NCBI GenBank assembly: GCA_902468085.1
Contig: CABQXN010000001.1
Span: 73,254-137,253 of the forward strand
From: an uncultured Collinsella sp.
GTDB lineage: Bacteria > Actinomycetota > Coriobacteriia > Coriobacteriales > Coriobacteriaceae
Reading direction: 5' to 3'
DNA length: 64,000 nucleotides
The notes under the pieces were generated by a model. That model was not told the DNA's origin. It did no database searches and saw only the letters and a list, made by a program, of their open reading frames with translations. A program made the translations under genes and the position numbers. Below, piece after piece: positions 9,908-18,874 of this stretch; position 1 is the stretch's first letter, and the number at the start of each line of letters is the position of its first letter.

Positions 9908-10189
9908 GCCTAATAACTGGAGTTGTTCGGTTGCGGTCGGAATGCTCGTCTCCCGCGGTGCTATCGTCCGGGGTCCGGCATCTGTCGTTCGCCTCTTCTG
10001 TCGTGTTTGATGTTGCGTGTTCTGCGAACGACCTTATGCAGGTTTTTTAACCCGTTGCCCCAGGTGCACCCAGATAAATGGTACCCATCCGTTGGGATAC
10101 GGACATTGTGGGAGGGCTGTCTGGGTAAGCTGGGATGTACGAGTGGCGGGGCTCTAAAAGCGATAAATCAAGTTAAAGGGCCTTGTGCT

Positions 10190-11059
10190 CTATTTTGTAA
10201 AACGCGAGGGCGCAATCAACTCGACGATTTCCCCGAACCTTTTCTGAACCATATAGCGACTTGCGCTTTCGTCTCGAACCAGGCGGTTTTCCTCGTCGTA
10301 GCAGTCGTCGATGGTCTTGCTAATCGCCTTCACCGCCTCCATGAATCGCGGCCGCTCCACAGGCGATACCCCGGCCGACTCAAAAACGGCCTCGTTGATC
10401 GCTTCTGCCTCATGAAGCTCTTCCTCAGGTGCGTCGGGCCCGGGTGCGACAAAGTCGTCGCGATACCTAAAGGCCCTGTTGACGAGTTCCTCCCCGTATT
10501 CTGCAACGACGGCCTCCGTTATATCGTCTCTCTTGTCATTAAGCCGAACCAAGCACGCCATTTCGTCGAGAAGCTCTGGGAGGATGGGCGATTTTAGGAT
10601 TTCGCTTATCATTGCGCTGTTCGAGCCCCGGCTTTCTCCGAGGTGGTACTTGCGTTCGAAATGCGTGATTTTGCGAACTTCCTCGAGGGCGGATTCCTCT
10701 ATCCCCGTGTACTCATGGGCATCCTGCGCCTTATAGGTCTTGCATTCGATATCGCCTATGAGATAGCCGAGATCGACCTCGAGTACCGCGGCGATTTGAA
10801 GCATGATTTCGAATTTGGGAAAAGGCCGCACATGGCCCTTCCTGTCCGGAAGACCAGCATTGACCCACGCGCTGACGTTCTTCTGCGTAAACTGATCGCT
10901 CTCGCCATAGAACCGATTGTTTATCAGCTCCGCGAGACCATTCTGCGTTAGGCTCCGCTCCTTCATGAGCCCAAGGAGATTGTCTCGCCACGATTTAAGT
11001 CTTGACTTCACGACTTCGTTTGACTGCAGAAGTTCTGCCTTTGGACCACTCATCTTCAA
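10190..11059 (-). CDS. XRE-family HTH regulator with uncharacterised C-terminal domain
   Basis: N-terminal LKSWRDNLLGLMKERSLTQNGLAELIN is an XRE-type HTH. The acidic 200-aa C-terminal region is unassigned. RBS GGAGG at 11068. Confidence 0.6.
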   Translation of the reverse strand: MKMSGPKAELLQSNEVVKSRLKSWRDNLLGLMKERSLTQNGLAELINNRFYGESDQFTQKNVSAWVNAGLPDRKGHVRPFPKFEIMLQIAAVLEVDLGYLIGDIECKTYKAQDAHEYTGIEESALEEVRKITHFERKYHLGESRGSNSAMISEILKSPILPELLDEMACLVRLNDKRDDITEAVVAEYGEELVNRAFRYRDDFVAPGPDAPEEELHEAEAINEAVFESAGVSPVERPRFMEAVKAISKTIDDCYDEENRLVRDESASRYMVQKRFGEIVELIAPSRFTK

Positions 11060-11180
11060 TATCCTCCTAAGTGACTATTACATGATTCAATCTACAGTTA
11101 TTACCGTTAATCGATTCTACCATTCTGCTTTTCATCGAGGCATACTAACAGGCAGAGAGCAAGTAGACAAGGAGTGCTAG

Positions 11181-12158
11181 ATGAGCAAGACCTATACCAA
11201 CGCGGAGATTCTCGATCGGCTCAAGAGTCTTGAGGGGCTGCTTCTGGAGCGAGTTTTCGAAACCTCGTACAGCGAGAGCCTGCGTACCTACGACCTTATC
11301 GACCACCTGCGAAGCAAGGCCCACGACCTTGGGTTGGAGGGGGAGGACACCTACGCCGCCCTCATTCGGGATCTAGAGAAGCTCAGTTCGACCATAGGCG
11401 GGCTGATCAACGGGAAGCGCGGCGAGCTTCTCGCCGCAAAGAGTCTCAAATGTCTTCGCGGCGATAGCCTGCTGCTTTCCAACATCGCGCTTCCTAATGG
11501 AGACTCGTTCGAGGAATACGATCAAGTTCTAATCGCCCGTTCGGGCGTATACGTGATCGAGGTAAAGAACTATCGAAACGACGTCGTGATAGACGATGGG
11601 GGAATCCTGCGCTGCGGTCCTCGCTCCTACAACGTCGGTGAGCGAATGCGTGAGAAGATGCATGCCCTTTGGGATGCGATTCAATTCTCTTCTGACGGCT
11701 GCATGAGCGAAGAGGACGTGAATGGCATGCTTCTTTTCGTGAATAACGAGGCAAGTGTTACCGATTTCTTCCATCGAGTCCCCGTGATGCGTTGTGGTCA
11801 GATTGTCTACAGCATCGAAGACGCAAACCGATGCGACGAGAAGCTGTCTTGGGAGGACATGGTTCGCATCAAGTCCGTCCTCCTCGCACGAAAGACGGCG
11901 GCAGAGTTTCCAATGCCGCTTGACGAAAACCGTGTAAAAAGCGAGCTCGAGGATTTCCTCGATCTGGTCGAGGCCAAGACTGCAAAGACCGCTGCTAAAT
12001 CAATAGCTGCTGGCCACAACGAAGTTGATTCTTCAACAACACTCGATAACCATGCTCGACATTCACAATTGCCCAGCTGGGTACCCGCCGTGGCGGCTGT
12101 CATCTCTGGTTTGGCAATAGGCGCGGGTGGGCTATTCCTGCATGCAAAGAAAGGATAA
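11181..12158 (+). CDS. NERD (nuclease-related) domain membrane protein
   Basis: Residues 80-190 (AAKSL...LSNIALPNG...YDQVLIARSGVYVIEVKNY) fit the NERD domain. Has a C-terminal TM helix. Divergent from the XRE gene. Confidence 0.6.
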   Translation: MSKTYTNAEILDRLKSLEGLLLERVFETSYSESLRTYDLIDHLRSKAHDLGLEGEDTYAALIRDLEKLSSTIGGLINGKRGELLAAKSLKCLRGDSLLLSNIALPNGDSFEEYDQVLIARSGVYVIEVKNYRNDVVIDDGGILRCGPRSYNVGERMREKMHALWDAIQFSSDGCMSEEDVNGMLLFVNNEASVTDFFHRVPVMRCGQIVYSIEDANRCDEKLSWEDMVRIKSVLLARKTAAEFPMPLDENRVKSELEDFLDLVEAKTAKTAAKSIAAGHNEVDSSTTLDNHARHSQLPSWVPAVAAVISGLAIGAGGLFLHAKKG

Positions 12159-12213
12159 GGAGCCTGGCTGTTGGATGCGGAAAGCACAGTTTGACTACAA
12201 AAAAGGAGTAAGG

Positions 12214-12510
12214 ATGACCGAAAACACGATGGGGTCCATTGCAATAAGCGACGTGACGATTGATGCCGTGAACGAGAAGGCCATTAATTGTCGGGGCATG
12301 CTCAAATCCCTTGCCGATGCGACGAACGGCATCACCGGGCCTCAGGCTGGCCTTCTCGGATGCCTCGTCGTTTCCGTTGCCGGGGTTGCGGGATATGGAA
12401 TCTACGCCCTTTGCGACCTGGTCAAATCTGGACACCCCGTCGAACTCACCTCTGGAGGGGTGCGCTTTGCGGCGAATACGGCAGCGCTCGGCGAGGCGAG
12501 CAGCCTCTAA
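12214..12510 (+). CDS. Small glycine-zipper membrane peptide (bacteriocin-like?)
   Basis: 98 aa. RBS AAAGGAG at 12202. Hydrophobic core AGLLGCLVVSVAGVAGYGIYAL carries GxxxG-type motifs. Confidence 0.3.
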   Translation: MTENTMGSIAISDVTIDAVNEKAINCRGMLKSLADATNGITGPQAGLLGCLVVSVAGVAGYGIYALCDLVKSGHPVELTSGGVRFAANTAALGEASSL

Positions 12511-12529
12511 TCGGCAGGTAGGAGAATCG

Positions 12530-12823
12530 ATGCAGATGAATGAGATGCCCTCGATCGGGACCACGCTGACTTACGGCGAGGCGATTAAAGCATGTGACCG
12601 CTTCGAGCGGACGATGCTCGAGAAGGCGTACGGGGCCGAACTCCTGCCCGCGGTGGGGCTGTACGACCTGCTCTGGCAGCTTGAGTCGCTCGCGCAGAAG
12701 TTCGGAATCGAGGGCAAAAAGGGCCTTCTCAAGGCTCAAGAGGGAAATCCGGTCGTTTTCGAGCGAGAGGACCGCTCTGGCGAACGGGATGAACGGCGAG
12801 AGGTTCTACCTGCTGCAAGATGA
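12530..12823 (+). CDS. Small hypothetical protein
   Basis: 97-aa ORF 19 nt after the preceding peptide gene. RBS GGAG at 12521. Confidence 0.25.
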   Translation: MQMNEMPSIGTTLTYGEAIKACDRFERTMLEKAYGAELLPAVGLYDLLWQLESLAQKFGIEGKKGLLKAQEGNPVVFEREDRSGERDERREVLPAAR

Positions 12824-13364
12824 ATCGGCGCTCAGGCAGCATAATGAAACGCACCTTTTCAAGGTTGGAATCGACGAGGGACAGGCTCGCCGGCGACCGC
12901 GACGAGACCATCGAGCTGCTTTCAAAAGAGTCTGCCAAGACCGATGAGCACGGCAACACGTATTCACCTGATTGTCTGGGACGGGATTCCGACGGTTTGG
13001 CGAAGACCTCTTCATGAAATGGGCCGGAATCGGGTTTTGCGCGATGACGGTCTGCTTGGGAATCTCGATACTCGTCCGTTCGGCCTTCCAGATCAGCTTC
13101 TGTTCCAAGTGGTTCCTCTAATGCGGGGACCGTTGAACGAGCAAGCTTTCATTCAATCGCCAACTCATGAGCAAGCCATCCGAGACTACTCACTTTTCCG
13201 CTGATGGCGAAGACCTGCGACCTGCGGTTTTGCAAACTGCATGCAAGCCACCTGCGCTGATTCGCTTAAGATTGCAACTGGTGGCTTGCAGGCTAAAGTG
13301 CGTTTGAGTTTCGAAACGGGCGCTATCGGCGCTATAGAGCCTCCAAAGGCGGCCCACCGCGCCC

Positions 13365-13444
13365 TTTGGGGCAAAAACAAAAACTCAACCCACTGAGTTT
13401 GAAAAAAGTTTTGAAGTTGTCCCAGCTTTTGTCCCCGAAGCCGA
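13365..13444. repeat. About 80-bp repeat, copy 1 (TTTGGGGCAAAA...CTCAAC..CTGAGTT..GAA...)
   Basis: Roughly 75% identical to 19394-19475. Both copies are intergenic. Confidence 0.5.
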
Positions 13445-14363
13445 TGAAACACGACATGGTGCTACTTGGCGGCGCTCGATTAGAGACGGCAGCGAAAACT
13501 GGATGCAACTAGAATGATGGGGCAGCAAAATCAGAACCATCGAGTGGGAGTAGCCGAGGGTCTAAAACGGCACGTCACAAAAGGTAGTGAATAGCAATGA
13601 ATCCCCAGGTAGAATTGGCTATCTGGGGCTTCTTCATGCAACGCCGCGATGTGCTCCATAACGCTCTATTTGGGGAATTTAGTTCAGGCAATGAAGACGG
13701 GCGCATGAACGCAGAAAGGACGGCACGAGGCCCACTTGAATCCACGGCACTCATCCGCATTATCGTTGCCCCAATGCCCTCTGCATCAAGCGAGGTCGGC
13801 GGTTAAGTAACGGCTCGGCGAGTGTTATTTTGAGAGCTGCGCGCATCTAAGGCGAGTTTTCGTGGTAAAAACTACTTGCCGGAAGCCGCGGCTTTCAGAG
13901 TACGGCTTACGTGCACGTTTAACCTCCGTGGGCGACGGGGTGCCGCAAGGCGTAGAGTATCGCTCACCTGTAGGGGCAGCGCCGTTTCAGGACCGAGGGC
14001 TCTGCCTACTACGAGACGCTCCAGCGCATCATCGACGGCAACACCAAGCGCATTGTCTCCGAGTGTCAGGCGTACCTCGACCGCTACGAGCGCGAGGGAA
14101 GGCCTCGTTTTGCCGTCGACATCGATCGCATCGTGGGGCTGCTGGAGGGCGAGAAGTAGGGCGCCTCGGCTCAGTCTCGAGCCATGCGGAGTCGCTCCGC
14201 ATTTTTGAACGCCGCGTGTGCGTTCCAAATACTTGAGAAACAAGCTGTGAAGTGCGGTGGCGCGCCCGTGCCCGTGCATAGCCGTCACCATTAGCGTCTA
14301 CGCGGCGTCGGCTTCAAGTGGAACTGGCACCGCTGCTGTATATGGTTTGCCTTGCTGCAAATG

Positions 14364-14426
14364 GCGATCAATGCCCACGATGCTTCTGCTTGCGCTTCAG
14401 CTTTCGCTGCTCGAAGCGCGTCTCCG
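14364..14426. repeat. Direct repeat copy B: 3' end of the intact DUF2992 gene
   Basis: Matches 8374-8436. Includes the stop codon (TCA at 14368-14370 on the plus strand). Confidence 0.7.
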
Positions 14427-14787
14427 CCTCATCCGCGCGACGCTGGCTTCTTGCTTGAGCCGACTCCCGCTTCATCGCTTCCCGCTGTGCCGCGAGCGCC
14501 TGTTGTGCCTTGGTGCTCACCGCGGGCCGTTTAAGGGCTTTCGCTGCCTCGCGAGCGCGCCGCTTGGGGTTCTTCGCGGGCTTGCTCGCCTCGGTCGGCT
14601 CGTCGCCGAAGAACGAGAGCATTGCCCATTTGCCTGTAATGAAATGCAGGATTTCCTCATTGGATGGCTCCGCGCCGAAGACGATGCGAGCGACGCCGTA
14701 TCTGCCGTCCTCGACATGCTCCGCCAGCCCGACCCAGAATTGACCGTCGTGATATACGGTCAGGGTGGACGACACACTGATCTGCAT
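14368..14787 (-). CDS. DUF2992 (YjdC-like) protein
   Basis: 139 aa: MQISVSSTLTVYHDGQFWVGL...IVFGAEPS then a lysine/arginine-rich tail. RBS AAGGAGG at 14795-14801. Confidence 0.7.
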   Translation of the reverse strand: MQISVSSTLTVYHDGQFWVGLAEHVEDGRYGVARIVFGAEPSNEEILHFITGKWAMLSFFGDEPTEASKPAKNPKRRAREAAKALKRPAVSTKAQQALAAQREAMKRESAQARSQRRADEAETRFEQRKLKRKQKHRGH

Positions 14788-15000
14788 GGTTGGTTCCTCC
14801 TTTATGTAGATGACCATGCAGAGAAGGGACAACCAAGGAGGCAGGTTACTGATGCGGACTAGCGCACGCCCACGACTACCCGACGGGGACTGTGTTTTCA
14901 TCTCTGGTGGTTGGATTGTAGCACGTGCGAATGCGCCCGGCATCGCTGCTGACATGGCGCTACTGGGATTCGCTCCTCGATGCATCCTTGTGTACATTGC

Positions 15001-15049
15001 CTTCTCGGTTTCGAAACTTTAGAAATAATCGAGTTTCGAAACCGAGAAG
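15001..15049. repeat. Perfect 17-bp-stem hairpin (CTTCTCGGTTTCGAAAC / GTTTCGAAACCGAGAAG)
   Basis: 15-nt AT-rich loop. Sits exactly at the 5' truncation point of the following ATPase pseudogene. Confidence 0.6.
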
Positions 15050-15071
15050 GAGTGGATTATGGCTTGGGTAG

Positions 15072-15620
15072 ACCGCAATACGTACCGACTCCACTGTGTT
15101 GGAGAGGCTGGCCGAGTACATGATGGACAACTCCGGCGACCTCAACTCGCCCAACAACATCGCCAACGTCCTCGACGCCAACAGGGTTCCTACCAACCAC
15201 GTCACCGTCGGGCGCTACATCTCGTACCTCCGCGACGCTTTCGCCCTCTATGAGGCGAAGCGCTATGACATCAAGGGGAAGAAGTACCTGAGCACGCAGG
15301 CGAAGCATTACGTATGCGACTCGGGAATGCGCTATGCGGTTCTGGGAACGCGCGACATGGACTGGGGCCGCATGTACGAGAACGCGGTCTTCCTGGAGCT
15401 GATGAGGCGAGGGTACGAGACCTACGTCGGGAAGCTGTACCAAAAGGAGGTTGACTTCGTTGCGAAGAGGGGGTCGGAGCTTGTCTACATCCAGGTAAGT
15501 GACGACATCAGCTCCGAATCGACGCTCGAGAGGGAGCTCGCGCCGCTTCTGTCCGTCAGGGATGCGTTCCCGAAGGTTCTCATTGACGACAGGGGTGAGC
15601 GTGGTGCTGTTCAAGAAGGA
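15072..15620 (+). pseudogene. DUF4143/AAA-ATPase family gene, 5'-truncated and frameshifted
   Basis: The reading frame opens at an in-frame TAG at 15069 with ...LERLAEYMMD, which is internal sequence of this family. The frame switches near 15600 (ORFs 15096..15845 and 15499..16104 overlap). Confidence 0.45.
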
Positions 15621-15868
15621 CACGTACCTGTACGTCAAGGCCGGCAAGAGCACATGGGCAGAGGCGCTGGTTCTGTCGCTGGCAAAGGGGACCGTCAGCA
15701 TCGAGAGCCTCTTCGCCGAGTCGACCTACAGCGCGAAGACCAAGCGGGTCTACGCGGTCCCCAGCAAGCTGAGCTACCACGGCAGGACCTTCAAGGTCGC
15801 CACGCTCGGTTGCAGCGTATACCCCAAGGCGAGCAAGGCGGTTGACTGCCGTTGCCTAAGCAGTCTTG

Positions 15869-16336
15869 TTATATCGTTGCCGCAGTCCCCGGCGCAGTGC
15901 GCAGCTCCTGCCGAATCTTCCGAAAGCGTTCCGGGACTTCGGCAAGCTCCATCTTCTGCGGGGCATCGACCGTACCCGCTTCCTTCGCCGTTTCGTAATA
16001 CCAGCACTTGTAATCCACCATCTCCATGGTGTGCTGCAATTCCGCCATCCGCTGTTTCAGAACTTCTTGTTGGCGCCGGAACATGGCAAGGCGCAAATCG
16101 ATAGTGTCGTCTCCTTGCAGCGCCATCTCGATGTACTGCCGGATGTCCTTGATGGACATCCCGGCTTTCTTCATGCAGCCGATCACCTGCAGCCATTCGA
16201 TATCTGATTCCCGGAACATGCGAATGCCACCGGAGGAGCGCTCCACGAAGGGCAGCAGCCCCTCCTTGTCGTAGTAGCGCAAGGTGGACGCCGCAACCCC
16301 CAGCAGCTTCGCCATTTCCCCCACCGTATAGACCAT
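15869..16336 (-). CDS. MerR-family transcriptional regulator
   Basis: MVYTVGEMAKLLGVAASTLRYYDKEGLL is the MerR HTH. Has a coiled-coil dimerisation region. RBS GGAGGG at 16343-16348. Confidence 0.8.
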   Translation of the reverse strand: MVYTVGEMAKLLGVAASTLRYYDKEGLLPFVERSSGGIRMFRESDIEWLQVIGCMKKAGMSIKDIRQYIEMALQGDDTIDLRLAMFRRQQEVLKQRMAELQHTMEMVDYKCWYYETAKEAGTVDAPQKMELAEVPERFRKIRQELRTAPGTAATI

Positions 16337-16369
16337 CTGAAAAACCCTCCGAATTATTCCGGAATCCCC

Positions 16370-16400
16370 TTGACTTAAAGTTAACTTCAAGTTCTAGGAT
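16370..16400 (+). promoter_or_regulatory. MerR-type promoter: TTGACT - 19-bp spacer with dyad ACTTAAAGTT/AACTTCAAGT - TAGGAT
   Basis: -35 at 16370-16375, -10 at 16395-16400. The 19-bp spacing and the 20-bp near-palindrome at 16373-16392 are diagnostic of MerR-activated promoters. Confidence 0.7.
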
Positions 16401-16469
16401 GCACATGAAGTTTAAAGGAAGCATGCTTCCAAACAGGATGTTTGTCAATCATAAGGAGGGAAATCGAAC

Positions 16470-17192
16470 GTGAACAGGCCGTATGTTTTCTGCCACATGA
16501 TGTGCGCTTTGGACGGAAAGATCATGGGTGGTTACATGGGAACGCCGCAGGGCAGAGCGGCGGGCGATGCGTTCTACGACATCGCCTTCGGGAAAGAGCC
16601 CTTTTACCATCACCAGGGCTGGCTGTCCGGCAGGGTAACAACGGACGACAACTTCACCTTCTACAGGAAGCCGGACCTGGACGAAGATGCGCCGGCCGTT
16701 CCGGCGGGTGATTTCATCGCGCAACCGGACTTCGGAATGTTCTATGTCTCCGTGGACCCCCACGGCAAGCTGGGGTGGAAAAGCAGCACCCTGCGCTATG
16801 TGGACACCACCGCCCATGTCGTCGAGGTGCTGACAGAGCAGGTCGGCAACGCCTACAGGGCATTTTTGAGAAAGCTGGGAATCTCGTACATCATCGCGGG
16901 AGAAACGGAGCTGGATCACGGCCTGGCCCTTTCCAAGCTGAAAGAAGAATTCAATATCGAGACCCTGATGCTGGGCGGTGGCGGCGTGCTGAACTGGTCG
17001 TTCCTGCAAGCGGGGATGTGCGATGAGATCAGCATCGTGTTGGCGGCGGCAGCAGACGGGAGCCCGGATACGCCTCCGGTTTTCCGAGCCGCAGAAGGCA
17101 TTTCGGAGAGCAAGGCCCTTGGCTTCACGCTGAAAGAGGCGAAGGCCATGGACGGCGGGGCGGTCTGGCTGCGCTATGGCGTGAATCGATGA
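16470..17192 (+). CDS. RibD C-terminal domain / dihydrofolate-reductase-like reductase
   Basis: 240 aa. GTG start 8 nt after AGGAGGG. The pattern LGGGGVLNWSFLQAGMCDEISIV fits the RibD_C reductase family. Confidence 0.65.
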   Translation: MNRPYVFCHMMCALDGKIMGGYMGTPQGRAAGDAFYDIAFGKEPFYHHQGWLSGRVTTDDNFTFYRKPDLDEDAPAVPAGDFIAQPDFGMFYVSVDPHGKLGWKSSTLRYVDTTAHVVEVLTEQVGNAYRAFLRKLGISYIIAGETELDHGLALSKLKEEFNIETLMLGGGGVLNWSFLQAGMCDEISIVLAAAADGSPDTPPVFRAAEGISESKALGFTLKEAKAMDGGAVWLRYGVNR

Positions 17193-17214
17193 TCCTTAGT
17201 AGGAGGTTTCAATT

Positions 17215-17646
17215 ATGAGGTATGAACGAAAAGAGCAGTTCGAGAAGGTCAACGCATTCGGCACGGGAACGGCGAACACCGCCTATGCCCAGTACTTCAC
17301 CGGCGATTCGTTCCTGAATCCGCTGACCGATCCGGAAGGCGGCCTGTTCGCCGCCAACGTGACCTTCGAGCCGGGATGCCGCAACAACTGGCATATCCAC
17401 CACGCGGACAAAGGAGGCGGTCAGCTCCTGCTCTGCATGGCTGGCGAGGGCTGGTACCAGGAGGAAGGCAAGGCCGCCGTCAGCCTGCACGAGGGCAGCG
17501 TTGTGATGATCCCCGCCAACGTCAAGCACTGGCACGGAGCGAAGAAGGACAGCTGGTTCAGCCACATCGCCGTGGAGGTTCCCGGCGAGAATTGCGAGAA
17601 CGAGTGGTGCGAGCCGGTATCCCATGAAGAGTACGCAAGGCTGTAG
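17215..17646 (+). CDS. Cupin-domain protein
   Basis: 143 aa. NNWHIHHADKGGGQLLLCMAGEGWY is a cupin metal-binding motif. RBS AGGAGG at 17200. Confidence 0.7.
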   Translation: MRYERKEQFEKVNAFGTGTANTAYAQYFTGDSFLNPLTDPEGGLFAANVTFEPGCRNNWHIHHADKGGGQLLLCMAGEGWYQEEGKAAVSLHEGSVVMIPANVKHWHGAKKDSWFSHIAVEVPGENCENEWCEPVSHEEYARL

Positions 17647-17659
17647 GGAGGAACGAAAC

Positions 17660-17986
17660 ATGGCAGTCAAGCAGACGGCAGGCAGAGATGCCCTGGGCGA
17701 ATTCGCCCCGAAATTCGCGGAACTGAACGATGACGTGCTCTTCGGAGAGGTCTGGAGCCGAGAGGGGCAGCTCAGCCTCCGCGACCGCTCCCTCGTGACC
17801 GTCGTCGCGCTGATGGCTCAGGGGCTTACCGATGAGAGCTTCCGCTATCACCTGACGGAGGCAAAGAAGAACGGGATTACAAAAGAAGAAATCGCGGAGG
17901 TCGTGACCCATGCAGCCTTCTACTGCGGCTGGCCCAAGGCGTGGGCGGTTTTCCGCATGGCAAAGGATATCTGGGGCGAGGAGTAG
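17660..17986 (+). CDS. Carboxymuconolactone decarboxylase (CMD)-family protein
   Basis: 108 aa. LFGEVWSREGQLSLRDRSLVTVVAL...AAFYCGWPKA is the CMD/AhpD-like signature. Confidence 0.75.
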   Translation: MAVKQTAGRDALGEFAPKFAELNDDVLFGEVWSREGQLSLRDRSLVTVVALMAQGLTDESFRYHLTEAKKNGITKEEIAEVVTHAAFYCGWPKAWAVFRMAKDIWGEE

Positions 17987-17990
17987 AACG

Positions 17991-18860
17991 ATGATTTTGA
18001 ATGAAACCTACCCGTTGGCAAACGGAGTTCAGGTTCCCAAACTGGGACTGGGCACCTGGTTCATCGACGATGCCGAGGCGGCGGAAGCCGTTCGCGAGGC
18101 GGTAAAGCTGGGCTATCGCCTGATCGACACCGCGCAGGCCTATGGAAACGAACGCGGCGTCGGCGAGGGCGTGCGCACCTGCGGCGTTCGCCGGGAAGAG
18201 CTTTTCGTCGCCAGCAAGATCGCGGCAGAGCTGAAGACCTACGAGGATGCGGCGAAGTCCATCGATGAGACGCTGGAGAGGATGGGGCTCGGCTGCCTCG
18301 ACCAGATGATCATCCACTCTCCCCAGCCGTGGAGCGAGTTCCGTGTGGAGAAGCGCTATTTCGAGGAGAACAAGGAGGTCTGGCGTGCGTTGGAGGATGC
18401 GCGGGCGGCGGGCAAGGTCAAGGTAATCGGCGTGTCCAACTTCCTGCAAGATGACCTTGAGAACCTCCTGGGCTCTTGCCGCGTGATGCCCATGGTCAAT
18501 CAGATCCTCCTGCACATCACCAACACCGATTCGGCATTGGTGGACTTCTGCAAGGCGCAGGGCATCCAGGTGGAGGCATACTCTCCCATTGCCCACGGTG
18601 AGGCGCTGAAGAATCCGGCGATCGTTAAGATGGCAGAGAAGTACGGCGTATCTGCCGCCCAGCTCTGCATCCGCTATGTCCTTCAGCTTGGAGCCGTCGC
18701 GCTTCCCAAGACGGCAGATCCCGCCCACATGGAAAGCAACGCGGACGTGGATTTCGCGATCTCCGAGGAAGACATGGAAACTCTCAAGAACATGGAGCGC
18801 ATCGCCAATTATGGTGACTTCAGCGCATTTCCCGTGTTCAGCGGAAAGCCTCTTGCATGA
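17991..18860 (+). CDS. Aldo/keto reductase (2,5-diketo-D-gluconate reductase-like)
   Basis: 289 aa. VPKLGLGTW...YRLIDTAQAYGNE...IIHSPQP are AKR catalytic motifs. Confidence 0.85.
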   Translation: MILNETYPLANGVQVPKLGLGTWFIDDAEAAEAVREAVKLGYRLIDTAQAYGNERGVGEGVRTCGVRREELFVASKIAAELKTYEDAAKSIDETLERMGLGCLDQMIIHSPQPWSEFRVEKRYFEENKEVWRALEDARAAGKVKVIGVSNFLQDDLENLLGSCRVMPMVNQILLHITNTDSALVDFCKAQGIQVEAYSPIAHGEALKNPAIVKMAEKYGVSAAQLCIRYVLQLGAVALPKTADPAHMESNADVDFAISEEDMETLKNMERIANYGDFSAFPVFSGKPLA

Positions 18861-18874
18861 GGAGAAAGCGTGAA

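Noticed and set aside
9923-10597. 224-aa plus-strand ORF
   Set aside because: Antisense to the XRE regulator gene. Cys/Arg-rich artefact.
13972-14158. Open frame ending ...YYETLQRIIDGNTKRIVSECQAYLDRYEREGRPRFAVDIDRIVGLLEGEK*
   Set aside because: It has no start codon and no identifiable family. Probably a 3' gene remnant inside the decayed part of the accessory region, not an intact gene.
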